DNA of 62,318 nt, filler included, from an uncultured Methanoregulaceae archaeon (GTDB taxonomy: Archaea > Halobacteriota > Methanomicrobia > Methanomicrobiales > Methanospirillaceae): the NCBI GenBank assembly GCA_964530035.1. It is 6 parts of 6 records of this genome, joined end to end, with 100 filler letters (N's around TTAATTAATTAA, not from the genome) between each part and the next. Parts side by side here need not be neighbours in the genome. Positions count along the whole stretch, not along the records: positions 1 to 10,477 come from CAZGXZ010000085.1; 5 more parts are not named here. The stretch is one strand, 5' to 3'. The notes below the pieces were generated by a model. It worked only from the letters and a program-made list of their open reading frames with translations, was not told where the DNA came from and did not search any database. This document shows, piece after piece, positions 1 to 10,577 of the stretch; the first letter of the stretch is position 1; the number at the start of each line of letters is the position of its first letter. The position numbers and the translations under genes were made by a program.

Positions 1-47
1 TCCTGATGGCAGTCGGGAATAAGGGGGATTGGCAGAGGTGTTGAGGC

Positions 48-3000
48 GTGACAGTGAAGGGTCTTGCCATTCGGTATCTGATAGTGTCTTTTATACTTAT
101 CTGGGTCTGTATAGCTGCAGCCCCGGCAGCAAATACGCTGCAGGCGGCGCATGATCCCCCGTTCATAATGATAGGGACAACCGGTCCCCATGGTTCAATG
201 ATCCCGAACGGGACGATGTATGTCGGCGTTGGCGATGACCGTACCTACACGATGTTTCCTGACCCGGGATACCGGGTGAAAGACGTCATCGTTGACGGAC
301 AGAGCGTGGGTGCCGTTACAAGCTACCGTTTTTCAGGTATTTGTGCCGATCATACCATCCATGCCGAATTCGAGCGCGCACCAGGGAAGAGTTATACGAT
401 TGTAGCCACGTCCGGGCCACATGGATATATTGCTCCCAATGGATCGGTTGTCGTCCCGGAAGGTGGTATGGCCTCATTCATTATTGCTCCTGACAACGGT
501 TTCAGGATAGCCGATGTTTTGGTGGACGGACAGAGCGTAGGAAAACAGTCCTCATATTCGTTCACAAACATCCAGCAGGATCATACTATTTATGCATCAT
601 TCGAGCCGGTTCCGGTCATTACCTATAAAATAACCGCTCTTTCAGGTCCCAATGGGCATGTCAGCCCCTCAGGGACCACCGTGGTACAGGCAGGAGGAAA
701 TGCTGCATTTACCATACTACCCAACAACGGGTATCAGATAGCGGATGTTACCGTTGATGGCCAGAGCGTCGGGAAAAAGGCGAATTATACCTTTGTAAAT
801 GTCCAGAGCGACCATGTGCTCTATGCCGCGTTCGAGGCAGTCCCTGTTAAAACATACAAGATCACGGCAATCGCAGGTCCTAATGGAAAAATCAGCCCCC
901 AAGGGACGATAACGGTCCAGCCTGGCGCGAATGTTGTGTTCACCATCACGCCTGATGCTGGTTATCAGATCGCCGATACCACCGTGGACGGCCTGAGTAT
1001 TGGCAAGCAGTCATCCTACACCTTCTCAAATGTCCAGGCGGATCATGTTATTTACGCGGCATTTGAACCGGTCCCGGTGAAAACGTATAAGATTACTGCC
1101 ATGGCGGGACCGAACGGACTTATCAGTCCTTCAGGTACGGTTACCGTGCAGGCGGGATCGAATGCAAGTTTCATCATCTCGCCAAGTTCCGGTTACAGGA
1201 TACTTGATGTCACCGTGGATGGGACGAGTGTCGGGACTCCTGGGACATACCTCTTTACCAATATCCAGTCAGACCATGTCATATACGCTGCCTTCGAACC
1301 CGTACCTGTAAAGACCTACAAGGTAACGGCGATTTCAGGACCAAATGGTAAGATAATTCCCGGCGGTACGATAACGGTCCAGGCGGGAAGCAACGCAACG
1401 TTCGTTGCCTCCCCTGACAGCGGGTACCAGATAGCCGATATCACCGTCGATGGCACAAGCGTTGGAAAACCGGTGACCTACACATTTGTCAATATCCAGT
1501 CAGACCATGTCATTTACGCGGCATTTGAACCGGTACCGGTCAAGAACTACAGGATTACTGCTATCAACGGCCCCAATGGCTCAATAATTCCCAATGGCAC
1601 GATAACAGTCCCTGCCGGGGGCAATGCAACCTTCTCGATCATCCCGTCTTCAGGGTACAATATCGCAGAAGTCACCGTTGACGGCCAGAGCGTCGGGAAA
1701 CCAACAACTTACTCGTTCACCGGTGTCCAGACCGATCACGTCATTTATGCCGCATTCGAGCCTATCCCGGTTACAACGTACAGGATAATGGCTGCCGCAG
1801 GGAGCAATGGAAGGATAACGCCGAATGGCACCATAACGGTCCAGGCGGGAAGCGATGCGACCTTCACAATAACCCCTGACGGAGGTTTCCGGATAGCTGA
1901 TGTTTCCGTTGATGGCAGGAGTGTGGGTAAGCCCTCCACGTATGCCTTCACCGATGTCAGGAGCGACCATGTTATTTACGCTGCTTTTGAACCGATACCG
2001 GTAATCACCTTTAAGATCGTCTCAGTGGCGGGACCAAACGGCAAACTTGATCCAAGCGGGACGATTACTGTTGCTGCAGGCAGCAATGCGACCTTCGCGG
2101 CAACCGCGAACACCGGCTACCGGATTGGGGAGGTTCTTGCTGATGGAAAGAGCGTCGGAAATGTTTCATCCTATACATTCACCAACATCCAGGCCGATCA
2201 TACCATAACCGCCTCCTTCGTCCCTGTTGAGTACATCATCACCGCATCGGCAGGACCGAATGGAAGGATCGACCCGTCCGGGGACGTGGTCGTCGTTTCA
2301 GGGGCAAGTTCCACGTTCATCATCACCCCCGAACAGCATTTCCGGGTCAGGGATGTCCTTGTCGATGGCCAGAGTGTCGGCCCGGTTACAAATTACACGT
2401 TCTCATCGGTGAACGCGAACCACACGATCCGAGCTGAGTTCGTGGCGNNNNNNNNNNNNNNNNNNNNNNNNNNNNNNNNNNNNNNNNNNNNNNNNNNNNN
2501 NNNNNNNNNNNNNNNNNNNNNNNNNNNNNNNNNNNNNNNNNNNNNNNTTACACGTTCTCATCGGTGAACGCGAACCACACGATCCGAGCTGAGTTCGTGG
2601 CGGTTGAGTACGTGGTGAACGCGACGGCGGGGCCGAACGGGAAGATAGACCCGAGCGGAGAAGTAAAGGTGCGTTCGGGGTCGAACGCGACATTCGCAAT
2701 AACGCCTGATGCGACGTATGCGATCCGTGATGTTCTCGTGGACGGTCGGAGCGTAGGAGCGTTGTCGAGTTACACGTTCTCGTCGGTGAACGCGAACCAC
2801 ACGATCCGAGCTGAGTTCACTCCATCTGTGTATGTGATCAACTCAACGGCAGGGCCGAATGGTGTCATTAACCCCGCAGGCCTGGTCAATGTCAATGCAG
2901 GTACCAATGCGACCTTTGTGATAACACCCAATACAGGGTACCAGGTAGCGGACCTTGTCGTTGACGGGTCAAGTATCGGGAAGTTCACCAGTTACACGTT

Positions 3001-4069
3001 TGGTGCTGTCGACCGCAACCACACCATAACCGCCCTGTTCGAGCCGGTATTGTTCACCATAACCGCCCGTTCTGAAGGAGGGGGAACAATTACAACGCCT
3101 GGAATGGTCAATGGAACCGTGACCGTGAAGTATGGGGACCAGGTGTGTTTCAACGTGACACCTGATGACTGTTACCTGGTCGGGGCCGTCACCCTTGACG
3201 GGGCAGCGTTCCTGCCGCCGTACTGCATATCCAATACCACGGCCGACCACTCCGTTGTTGCCAGGTTCGAAAAACAAAAATTCACCGTCTCCACCATTTC
3301 AGGACCCGGCGGGTCGATATCTCCTGTTAATATGACGGTGAACTGTGGTGACTGCGTCAATGTGACGGTCACCCCTGACCAGGGCAACTACATAGGGATG
3401 GTCTCGGTTAACGGTGTCCCGTTCCCACTGCCAAAACCCGCCACTTCACCTGTCATAGTGCCCATCTGCCCAGTGAAGTCGAATACAACGGTCAATGCAA
3501 CCTTCATCTTCCCACCACGGGTTGATTTTACCGGAGAAGCGGTAACAAGCTGCAAGGCGGCTGCCGATGTTACCGGAGAGCATGTTACGATTAATCCAGG
3601 AATGCAGGTCAGGTTCACGGATCTTTCGACCGGCGGCCAGTCACTGCGGTGGGACTTTGGAAACGGCCAGATCTCAACAGAGAAAAACCCTGTCGTGACC
3701 TATCAAAGCACGGGGACCTACACGGTTACCCTGACGGTGTTCAATGAGGCAGAACCAGCGGGTGTCACGAAGACCAGGACCAACTATATCATTGTCACCA
3801 AGCTCCCGGTCCCAGGCATTATTGCTGAACCCGATGGTGGTCGTGCCGGGCCAGAAGGGCTTACCATCCGCTTCACCGGCTGCATCGAATCGAATTACGG
3901 GATACGGAGCGACCCGTTCTATAGCTGGAACTTCGGGGACGGGACGCCTGGGGTCATCGGAAGGACCGCGACACATACGTACCGGTATCCTGGCAATTAT
4001 ACCGTTACCTACCTTGTAAAGAACATCTATGGCGGTGAAACCGCCACAAAGGTTATCAGGATAACCTGA
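48..4069 (+). CDS. Large secreted/surface protein with >=14 tandem ~77-aa beta-rich repeats (divergent InlB B-repeat/Flg_new-like) and two C-terminal PKD domains; one gene split by a scaffold gap
   Basis: Hydrophobic N-terminal signal; repeat unit ITAxAGPNGxIxPxGxxxVxxGxNxxFxIxPxxGYxIxDVxVDGxSVG...YxFxNxQxDHxIYAxF; PKD motifs WDFGNG and WNFGDG. ORFs 48..2567 and 2564..4069 flank Ns 2448-2547, and 2393-2447 is repeated exactly at 2548-2602. Confidence 0.85.
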
Positions 4070-4204
4070 CCGGATTTATTTTTTGAATTGGTTTTTCCTT
4101 CCCTTTTCCCATTTTCAGCAGCATAGGGGGCCGCTCCGGTTGATAAGCCCGGACCCACACAACTCGATGCCTTGCTTTTCAGCCGCACATCCATGCCTTT
4201 TCCA

Positions 4205-4936
4205 TCATATCCCTGGTACTGCAGGAAGATGTCTCCAGAACGGACCCGCTATCTCCTCCCATGGCATAAGGGAGAGATTATCCTGGTATCGCCGCTTGTG
4301 GGCGGCAAGTGAACCACCCATCTTGAATTTAAGGGAATAATCAACCCACACAGGAGAAATAGCGATATTGAATGCCGCATTGACATCAGCATGGCAGGTC
4401 ATACCGCATGCCCGGCATACAAAGATCTTTCTCCTCCTGTACCCATCGCCCCCGCATGCGCTGCAGCGTTTTGATGATCCTGAAGGGTCCACGAAGGCAA
4501 CAGGGATGCCCCCCGAAAGGGCCTTTCTCTGGATAACCTTCTGAAAACGAACGAACCAGTAGCAATAGAACGTGTTGTCCCGAGGGAACAGTCTGCCTGC
4601 AAGCCGCTGCGGTTTTTTCCCGGAAAGCCGTTCCAACTTGATCCCCGCCCCAAGAAGGCGGGCCTTGAGAATAAGTTCCCGCCCGACTGACAGGCACATC
4701 TCCCGTATAAGGTTGTGCTCGCGGTGTTTCAGCCGTCGGGCCTGCTTATGCCTGCCAGAACGACGGCATTTCTCGATAGCCAGGCTGAACCGTCGGTGAA
4801 GTGCCTGGATGTCCTCCCCGTAGAAAAACACGTCACTGGTATCAGGGTGGGAAATGACGGCGAAGTGACCTGTTGAATTGAGGTCCACACCGATCCAGGT
4901 CCTCTGCACGAACGGTTCCCTGTGAACAGGCATCAC
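4205..4936 (-). CDS. tnpB: Short TnpB-like (IS200/IS605 OrfB) protein: RuvC plus zinc ribbon only, N-terminal REC/WED region absent
   Basis: RuvC-I WIGVDLN, RuvC-II IKLERL, VDPSGSSKRCSACG...FVCRACG zinc ribbon, RuvC-III HADVNAAFNI. 243 aa, with an in-frame TAA at 4940-4942 just upstream. Confidence 0.8.
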   Translation of the reverse strand: MMPVHREPFVQRTWIGVDLNSTGHFAVISHPDTSDVFFYGEDIQALHRRFSLAIEKCRRSGRHKQARRLKHREHNLIREMCLSVGRELILKARLLGAGIKLERLSGKKPQRLAGRLFPRDNTFYCYWFVRFQKVIQRKALSGGIPVAFVDPSGSSKRCSACGGDGYRRRKIFVCRACGMTCHADVNAAFNIAISPVWVDYSLKFKMGGSLAAHKRRYQDNLSLMPWEEIAGPFWRHLPAVPGI

Positions 4937-5550
4937 CCGTTATGGTATACCAGGAACAGGTCTCACGTTACGGTTTGAGGCCGCTTTCTGGTATCCCGTC
5001 AGATGACTATCAGGGACCTTTGGATAAAGATCTTTCCCTCATATTCACCGGATGATCAACCGAATTGTTCACGCACAATGGAATTTACCGGGGACAACAA
5101 GCTGGTTGCCGGTCTTCGACAGGAGCTGGAAACTCCGTTGTTATATATATCATTATATGGTTTATCAAGTAAAGGATGCCATTTAGAGCCCCAAAGGGGA
5201 GAGACGCCTTGAATGGTCCTGAAATAAAAAACAAGAAGAAATAAAGCAGATAATGGTGTACTGTGCCTTTATCATCCAGCCGGCAGGGGACCTCACCACT
5301 CATTTCCAGCAAGGAGTTTAATTATTGACAAAAGGGATAAGAGGAATGCTGTTTCAGCAACCCGTCCTGCCATATGATACCTTTTTCAAAATAACGCACC
5401 TTCCCGGTGATTCGGGCCTTGTGAAAACCCGGATGTTCCCTGGTATCGGACGTCTGGCAGAAGTCCTGTCAGATAGTGACTCAGCTATGGGATATGCAAT
5501 CCAACAAACCGGAACCCGTTGAGATCCCGGAGAGTCCTGCTGGAAAAAAA

Positions 5551-6420
5551 TTAGATATAGGGTGACCTGAGGCCCTTTCCGACGCCGAATGAGGCCCGTT
5601 CCTCAAGGGTCTTGCGGTTCTTGTTGATCTTTTCGTTCGCGAGCTTTGAAACGAGTTCAAGACCTGGTTTGACCTGCTCGATGGGCTTCATCTCGAAGCA
5701 GCCTGCAGCAACGGCCTTGTCCCAGAGGGTCTGGCCCGAGGTGCTCCTTGCGAAGACCGTGCTCCAGCCATCGGGTGATCCGACTGACCCTGTTGAGATA
5801 TCTGCCAGGTTTGCGACGTAATCGAGGCATACATGGCATCCCGGCTGCTCGTACTTGTGGGTCACCTTGAGGGGCAGCTGGACGACTGCACCGCGGTCCG
5901 TGTAGACCCAGAACTTGCCTTTCCCAATCTCCATCTTCTTGACGGATTCCATCTTCTGGCCTGCGTGGTCCTCGACGAGCTGGACGATGCTCTGGTACGA
6001 GAAGTTTTCCATGCAGAAAATGCCGATGGCAAGGGCGATCTTGTCGTCAACCTCGCGAAGCCCCATGGGATAGAGCTGGCCCTTCCTTATTGCCTGCATC
6101 TGGCAGGGAGTCCCGACGATCCCGATCTTGTCAAGGCCGAATGAGCGGGTTGCCTCCTTGATTAAGGACACGTTCGGGCTGATGTTGTATTTCGTCCCGC
6201 GAGCCTTCAGCAGGTCTTCCTTGCTCATGGCGACGAACGGGCGTGGCCTCCAGGGTTCGTCCCCGGGTCCGGATACGATTGCGCCGTCAATGAACCCCTC
6301 TTCAAGGGCGAATGCGAACAGCTGGGTGACGATTCCACCGTCCTGGGCTCCTTTCAGGATCTCTTTGTCGGTGCTTCGTGCAGAGCATACTGCCTTGTAA
6401 TTCCCGAGTTCAGTTCCCAT
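5551..6420 (-). CDS. frhB: Coenzyme F420-reducing hydrogenase beta subunit
   Basis: AQDGGIVT, GTPCQ, IGIFCMENF, GCHVCLDY, ADISTGSVGSPDGWS motifs; ATG at 6420 preceded by GAGGTGA; last gene of the operon. Confidence 0.95.
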   Translation of the reverse strand: MGTELGNYKAVCSARSTDKEILKGAQDGGIVTQLFAFALEEGFIDGAIVSGPGDEPWRPRPFVAMSKEDLLKARGTKYNISPNVSLIKEATRSFGLDKIGIVGTPCQMQAIRKGQLYPMGLREVDDKIALAIGIFCMENFSYQSIVQLVEDHAGQKMESVKKMEIGKGKFWVYTDRGAVVQLPLKVTHKYEQPGCHVCLDYVANLADISTGSVGSPDGWSTVFARSTSGQTLWDKAVAAGCFEMKPIEQVKPGLELVSKLANEKINKNRKTLEERASFGVGKGLRSPYI

Positions 6421-6430
6421 CTCACTCACC

Positions 6431-7327
6431 TCACTGGAGCGCTCCTCTGATAGCGCCAAGGATGGTCTCGTAGTTGCTCACCACGTCGAAGCTGAACCAG
6501 CTGCGTGGACACTGGTTGTAGCAGGCACCACACTTGATGCACAGGTCACGCTGTCCCTGTGGCTTTCCATACTCGTGGGTGATCGCCCTGACCGGGCATG
6601 CTGATGCGCAGGAGCCGCAGCCCATGCACAGGCCCTGGTCGATGACGTTTGTCATCAGGTCGCAGAAGCATGCCTCTGTCCCCTGTTTCGGGAGGGTCAT
6701 GAGGGGTTTTAAATACGCTTCAGCGAGTTTTTTCTGTTCATCATTGCCCTTGAGGAGCAGGTACGCCATGACACAGACGTTCCTGATCAGCTGGGGCGTC
6801 GGGGCACATCCGGGGATGTACACATCGACGTTTATCAGGTCGCCGATAGGCAGGAAAGACTCGTGGCCAGGCTGGTTCTGCTGGCCGCCACGGGAGAACC
6901 TGGTGATATTTCCGTAACAGGCACACCCACCGACGGCTACGACAATAGAGGCCTTTTCACGGGTTTCCTTGATTTCCTGGACAGAAATTTTGTCATTGAT
7001 ACAGACCGAGCCCTCAACGAGGGCTACATCCATCTTCGGGATATGTCTGACATCCGCGAGAGTCAGGTCGTAGACCCAGTCGACGTACTTGTCGAGCAGT
7101 GTCAGCAACCCTCCGTAGTTGTCAGCGAGAGCGACGAGACAGCCAGTGCAGCCACTCATGTGCACATGGCCGGCAGTAATCTTGTTTGACACAGATGAAA
7201 CCTCCTTCATATCTGTTTGCGGCTTTTTTTCCGGTCCGGCGGAAGCTTTTGCGCTTTCCGTTCCTTTTTTTGCGCCTTTGCTCTCTCCGCCTCCGAAAAT
7301 ACTCTTAAGCGTTGATAGCAGTCCCAT
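6431..7327 (-). CDS. frhG: Coenzyme F420-reducing hydrogenase gamma subunit
   Basis: HMSGCTGC, GGCACYG, IPGCAP, ferredoxin-like CMGCGSCASACP and CIKCGACYNQCP. Second in-frame GTG start at 7192 with a strong SD. Confidence 0.95.
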   Translation of the reverse strand: MGLLSTLKSIFGGGESKGAKKGTESAKASAGPEKKPQTDMKEVSSVSNKITAGHVHMSGCTGCLVALADNYGGLLTLLDKYVDWVYDLTLADVRHIPKMDVALVEGSVCINDKISVQEIKETREKASIVVAVGGCACYGNITRFSRGGQQNQPGHESFLPIGDLINVDVYIPGCAPTPQLIRNVCVMAYLLLKGNDEQKKLAEAYLKPLMTLPKQGTEACFCDLMTNVIDQGLCMGCGSCASACPVRAITHEYGKPQGQRDLCIKCGACYNQCPRSWFSFDVVSNYETILGAIRGALQ

Positions 7328-7787
7328 TTTCAACCCCAATCAGTTCCAGTACCAGATCCACTGCTTTGGGTATTGCGTTCTGGACCTCTTCAGTGAGTCC
7401 TATCTCGAAATCCGGGCTGGGCACGGATTTTGGCTGGCACCCGATGATGGTCACGTCGATCGAGTCCTTGATGCGCTGGAGCGGCTCTGTCAGGTCCCAT
7501 GAATGGGCGTCGCGGTAGCTCCCAGGCGGGAGGTCTTCCACGGCAAACGTGGTGATTGTGCCGGGCTCGGCCCCGAATTCGGCTATATCGATGATTATCA
7601 GCCGCTTTGTCTTTTCCTCGTCAAGGAGGGTGAACACAAAGTGGGGTGCGCCGAGCCCTGCGTCAAGCACTTTCACGGAATCAGGGAGGGTGAGTTTCTG
7701 GAGTTCCTCCACTACGGCCGGTCCGAATCCATCGTCCCCGAAAAGGGTGTTTCCGCACCCTACCACGACGGTGTCGGGATACAGCAT
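7305..7787 (-). CDS. frhD: Hydrogenase maturation protease FrhD
   Basis: VVVGCGNTLFGDDGFG, LDAG, YRDAHSW; lies between frhA and frhG. Start may be 7787 or 7802. Confidence 0.93.
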   Translation of the reverse strand: MLYPDTVVVGCGNTLFGDDGFGPAVVEELQKLTLPDSVKVLDAGLGAPHFVFTLLDEEKTKRLIIIDIAEFGAEPGTITTFAVEDLPPGSYRDAHSWDLTEPLQRIKDSIDVTIIGCQPKSVPSPDFEIGLTEEVQNAIPKAVDLVLELIGVENGTAINA

Positions 7788-7798
7788 CGGTACATCAC

Positions 7799-9166
7799 TC
7801 ACTGCATGAGTTTCTGGGCCACTATCCTCTTTTCGTCATCGACCACGATCATGTGAGTGGCACAGGACACGCACGGGTCATAGCCGCGGACGACAAGCTC
7901 AGCGACCTGCCACGGGGCTCCGGTCAGGGCCCGGCTGCAGGTGGCAAAGTTCCAGGTGGTGGGGACAAGCATCGAGAAGAACTGGACACGTCCGTCCTTG
8001 ACCTTTGCAAGGTGGACATCGGTTCCACGGGGTGCCTCGTTGGCTGCCCATCCAAGGGTGCCGTCACCCTGGGGGATGTGGTCAGCAAGGACCTTCCCGT
8101 CGGGGTTCAATTCGTCGATAGCCCTGATCATAGCATACAGGGAGTCGGTGAACTCCATCTGGCGTGCCACGTGCTGACCCCAGGTCCCCTTCTCGTCGTA
8201 GTTCTTGAATTTGACAAGACGTGCCCTTGGCCCGACCTCGACAGGCTGTCCATCATACATAGGGACGCCCGTACAGGCCTCCATCTGCGGGTTAACCTTG
8301 GTGCCTACCGGGGATGTACCTCCGATCGGGTAGGAAGCATCCGCAAGGGTAACCTCGCCTTCTCCCATGTACCAGTCCCAGGGACGGGTCTCCATGAAGC
8401 GGGTCGGGTCCCACCTGGGGCATTCATCAAGGCTCGAGGACCCATAGACCGGGTCAACGGCCAGGTATCCCTGGTTGTGGTACCCGAGAGTCTTCGGGAG
8501 TGGGATCTGCTTGCCGCCGACCTCGGTCCAGTCGCGTTTCTGCATGTTGCGGAGGATCGCGATCATGAGGTCCATATGCTCGTGTGCGAGCGTCAGGCCC
8601 TCTTTTGCAAGGTCATACATCTTTTTCTTTGCAAGGGGGGACACGTTGCGGTACATACCGCCGACGCGGGTGTTGCTCGGGTGGATTGCTTCACCGCCTG
8701 ATATCTGTCCGATGGTCTGGCCAATCTCGCGTAAACGCTGGATCCTCTTGGCTACTGACCGCACGGGCTCTTCAGGGCTGAACGGGTTTATCTTCTTTTC
8801 AGTCCCCGGGAGATAGAAGTCAGGCAGAATCAGGATATTGTGAAGTGCATGGCTGTGCAGGCGGTTGGCGCACTGGAGGATGACACGGAGAAGTTTTGCA
8901 TCCTTCGGGATATGCACGCCAATCGAGGCCTCCATGGCCTCCGTTGCTGCCAGTGTATGGGCTATGGGACAGATACCACAGACCCTCGATGCGATCTTCG
9001 GGACCTGTTCCATCGTCTTTCCGATGGCGAGCTTCTCAACTCCCCGCACCGGGGTTATAGAGAGCCAGTCACCGCGCTCGATAATTCCCTGGTCATCGAC
9101 TTTCAGGACGAGCTTGGAGTGACCCTCATGCCGCGTGGTTGGGGAAATCTCTACTATTTTCGACAA
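7799..9166 (-). CDS. frhA: Coenzyme F420-reducing [NiFe] hydrogenase alpha subunit (Cys form)
   Basis: SPTTRHEGH, L1 RVCGICPIAH, L2 YDPCVSCATH followed by a cleavable C-terminal tail; TTG start. Confidence 0.96.
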   Translation of the reverse strand: MSKIVEISPTTRHEGHSKLVLKVDDQGIIERGDWLSITPVRGVEKLAIGKTMEQVPKIASRVCGICPIAHTLAATEAMEASIGVHIPKDAKLLRVILQCANRLHSHALHNILILPDFYLPGTEKKINPFSPEEPVRSVAKRIQRLREIGQTIGQISGGEAIHPSNTRVGGMYRNVSPLAKKKMYDLAKEGLTLAHEHMDLMIAILRNMQKRDWTEVGGKQIPLPKTLGYHNQGYLAVDPVYGSSSLDECPRWDPTRFMETRPWDWYMGEGEVTLADASYPIGGTSPVGTKVNPQMEACTGVPMYDGQPVEVGPRARLVKFKNYDEKGTWGQHVARQMEFTDSLYAMIRAIDELNPDGKVLADHIPQGDGTLGWAANEAPRGTDVHLAKVKDGRVQFFSMLVPTTWNFATCSRALTGAPWQVAELVVRGYDPCVSCATHMIVVDDEKRIVAQKLMQ

Positions 9167-9393
9167 TACAATCGCCTCAAATCTTTGCTAGTTGTTCGAA
9201 AGGCCGTACTAGAATACTCACTCACTCACTGACCCCCGGTTGGAAGAAACCTTCCGGGAGTGTTTGACCGTACCACGTACGTTCAAAATAAAACAATTAC
9301 CCGATACCTTATGTAGTTTATCATTTCATCCATTCACGGGTTCTTTTGGCCTATATCCTGCAGATTCAAATTTTTTATCCCAGACTGCAAAAA

Positions 9394-9412
9394 GTATATA
9401 GCGATTTTTTCC
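9394..9412 (-). promoter_or_regulatory. Candidate BRE/TATA promoter for the frh operon
   Basis: Minus strand reads GGAAAAAAATCGCTATATAC, a purine-rich BRE-like run followed by TATATA, ~230 nt upstream of frhA. Confidence 0.4.
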
Positions 9413-9482
9413 CGACGTAACCAGGTATTTAATCATACCGGGTGATGAAAAGAGTCGGTATTTAAACTAGTTCCATTACCCG

Positions 9483-10477
9483 TTAGTGTGTTTCAGGTTC
9501 GGTATCCTGGTCCTGTCCATGATCATTCGACATTTCCACAAGGAGTTCAGCCAGGGTGGCCCTCCTTTCGGCATACGCGTCATGCTGGTGGATACTCTCT
9601 TCGTTCGTCTGCTTAATCGTGATAAGGGTGTCCCCGGGAAGGCCTGAAAATGCCGCCACGACCTTCTTCGCCATCTCGCGTACGCAGTCCTCAACGAACC
9701 GCGGGTTCTGGTGTGCGCCAAGGACGACATAGCTCTCGTCCCCGCGCTTCAGGAGTTCGAAGATCGGGGCACTCATTGATTCCTTTACAATCTTGATGAG
9801 GATTTCAAGGTTTACATGCTCGTCATCATCAGTTTCTATGCAGAGAAAACCCCGGCCCCTCTGGTTGTGGGTGGCCATCGGCATCTCCTCCAGGAATTGC
9901 TCGATTACCCCGTCACCGACCGCAAGGTCCTGCAGGACCTCACGAGCCCTCTCCTTCATGATGTTCTGGGCACACGGACATGCGGTCATTCCGGTGACCT
10001 CAGCGCCGATGCTCTTCCTGACGATTGGCTGCCTGAATGTCCGTCTTGCAACCGCCCTGGCGTGCACCTTGATGATCTCATGGCAGCTTGTGTGACTGAT
10101 CGGGGTATCCCTTTTGATCATGAACTCACTTTTCATGAGAACCTCGGTACGGTCCGCATATTCGTGGCGATCAAGCAGTTTCCTGGCCACGATGCTGCAC
10201 AATTCCTCTATCTCGGTGACCTGTCCGTCAATGGCCTGCTGGAGAACTTCGTCTATGACCTCGAAGTTGCGGGAGAGATTGGCCCCTTTCAGGCTCCCGG
10301 GCAGGTCCACGAAGACATCGAAGTTGGATATGAAGACAACAGGTCTTTTTTCCGGCCGGCGCACTTCAACGAGCTTCTTGACGTTCTTGACCCCGACCCG
10401 TGTAAGGTTTATCCTGACTTCCGGGGTCGTTGCCTGTATATCAGGGAGATTTCTTGAAAAACCAGTTGAATTAGAGT
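9483..10477 (-). CDS. mptA: GTP cyclohydrolase MptA (methanopterin biosynthesis), 5' end cut by contig end
   Basis: Frame extends upstream of the listed ORF (LPDIQATTPEVRINLTRVGVKNV); GMTACPCAQ, THNQRG, LLKRGDE, NPRFVED, ESIHQHDA motifs. Confidence 0.93.
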
Positions 10478-10577
10478 NNNNNNNNNNNNNNNNNNNNNNN
10501 NNNNNNNNNNNNNNNNNNNNNTTAATTAATTAANNNNNNNNNNNNNNNNNNNNNNNNNNNNNNNNNNNNNNNNNNNN
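10478..10577. other. Artificial contig linker
   Basis: 100 nt of Ns with a central TTAATTAATTAA (stops in all six frames). Confidence 0.97.

Noticed and set aside
7799..9166. Possible selenocysteine or pyrrolysine recoding in frh genes
   Set aside because: All metal-ligand positions are Cys and there are no in-frame stops.
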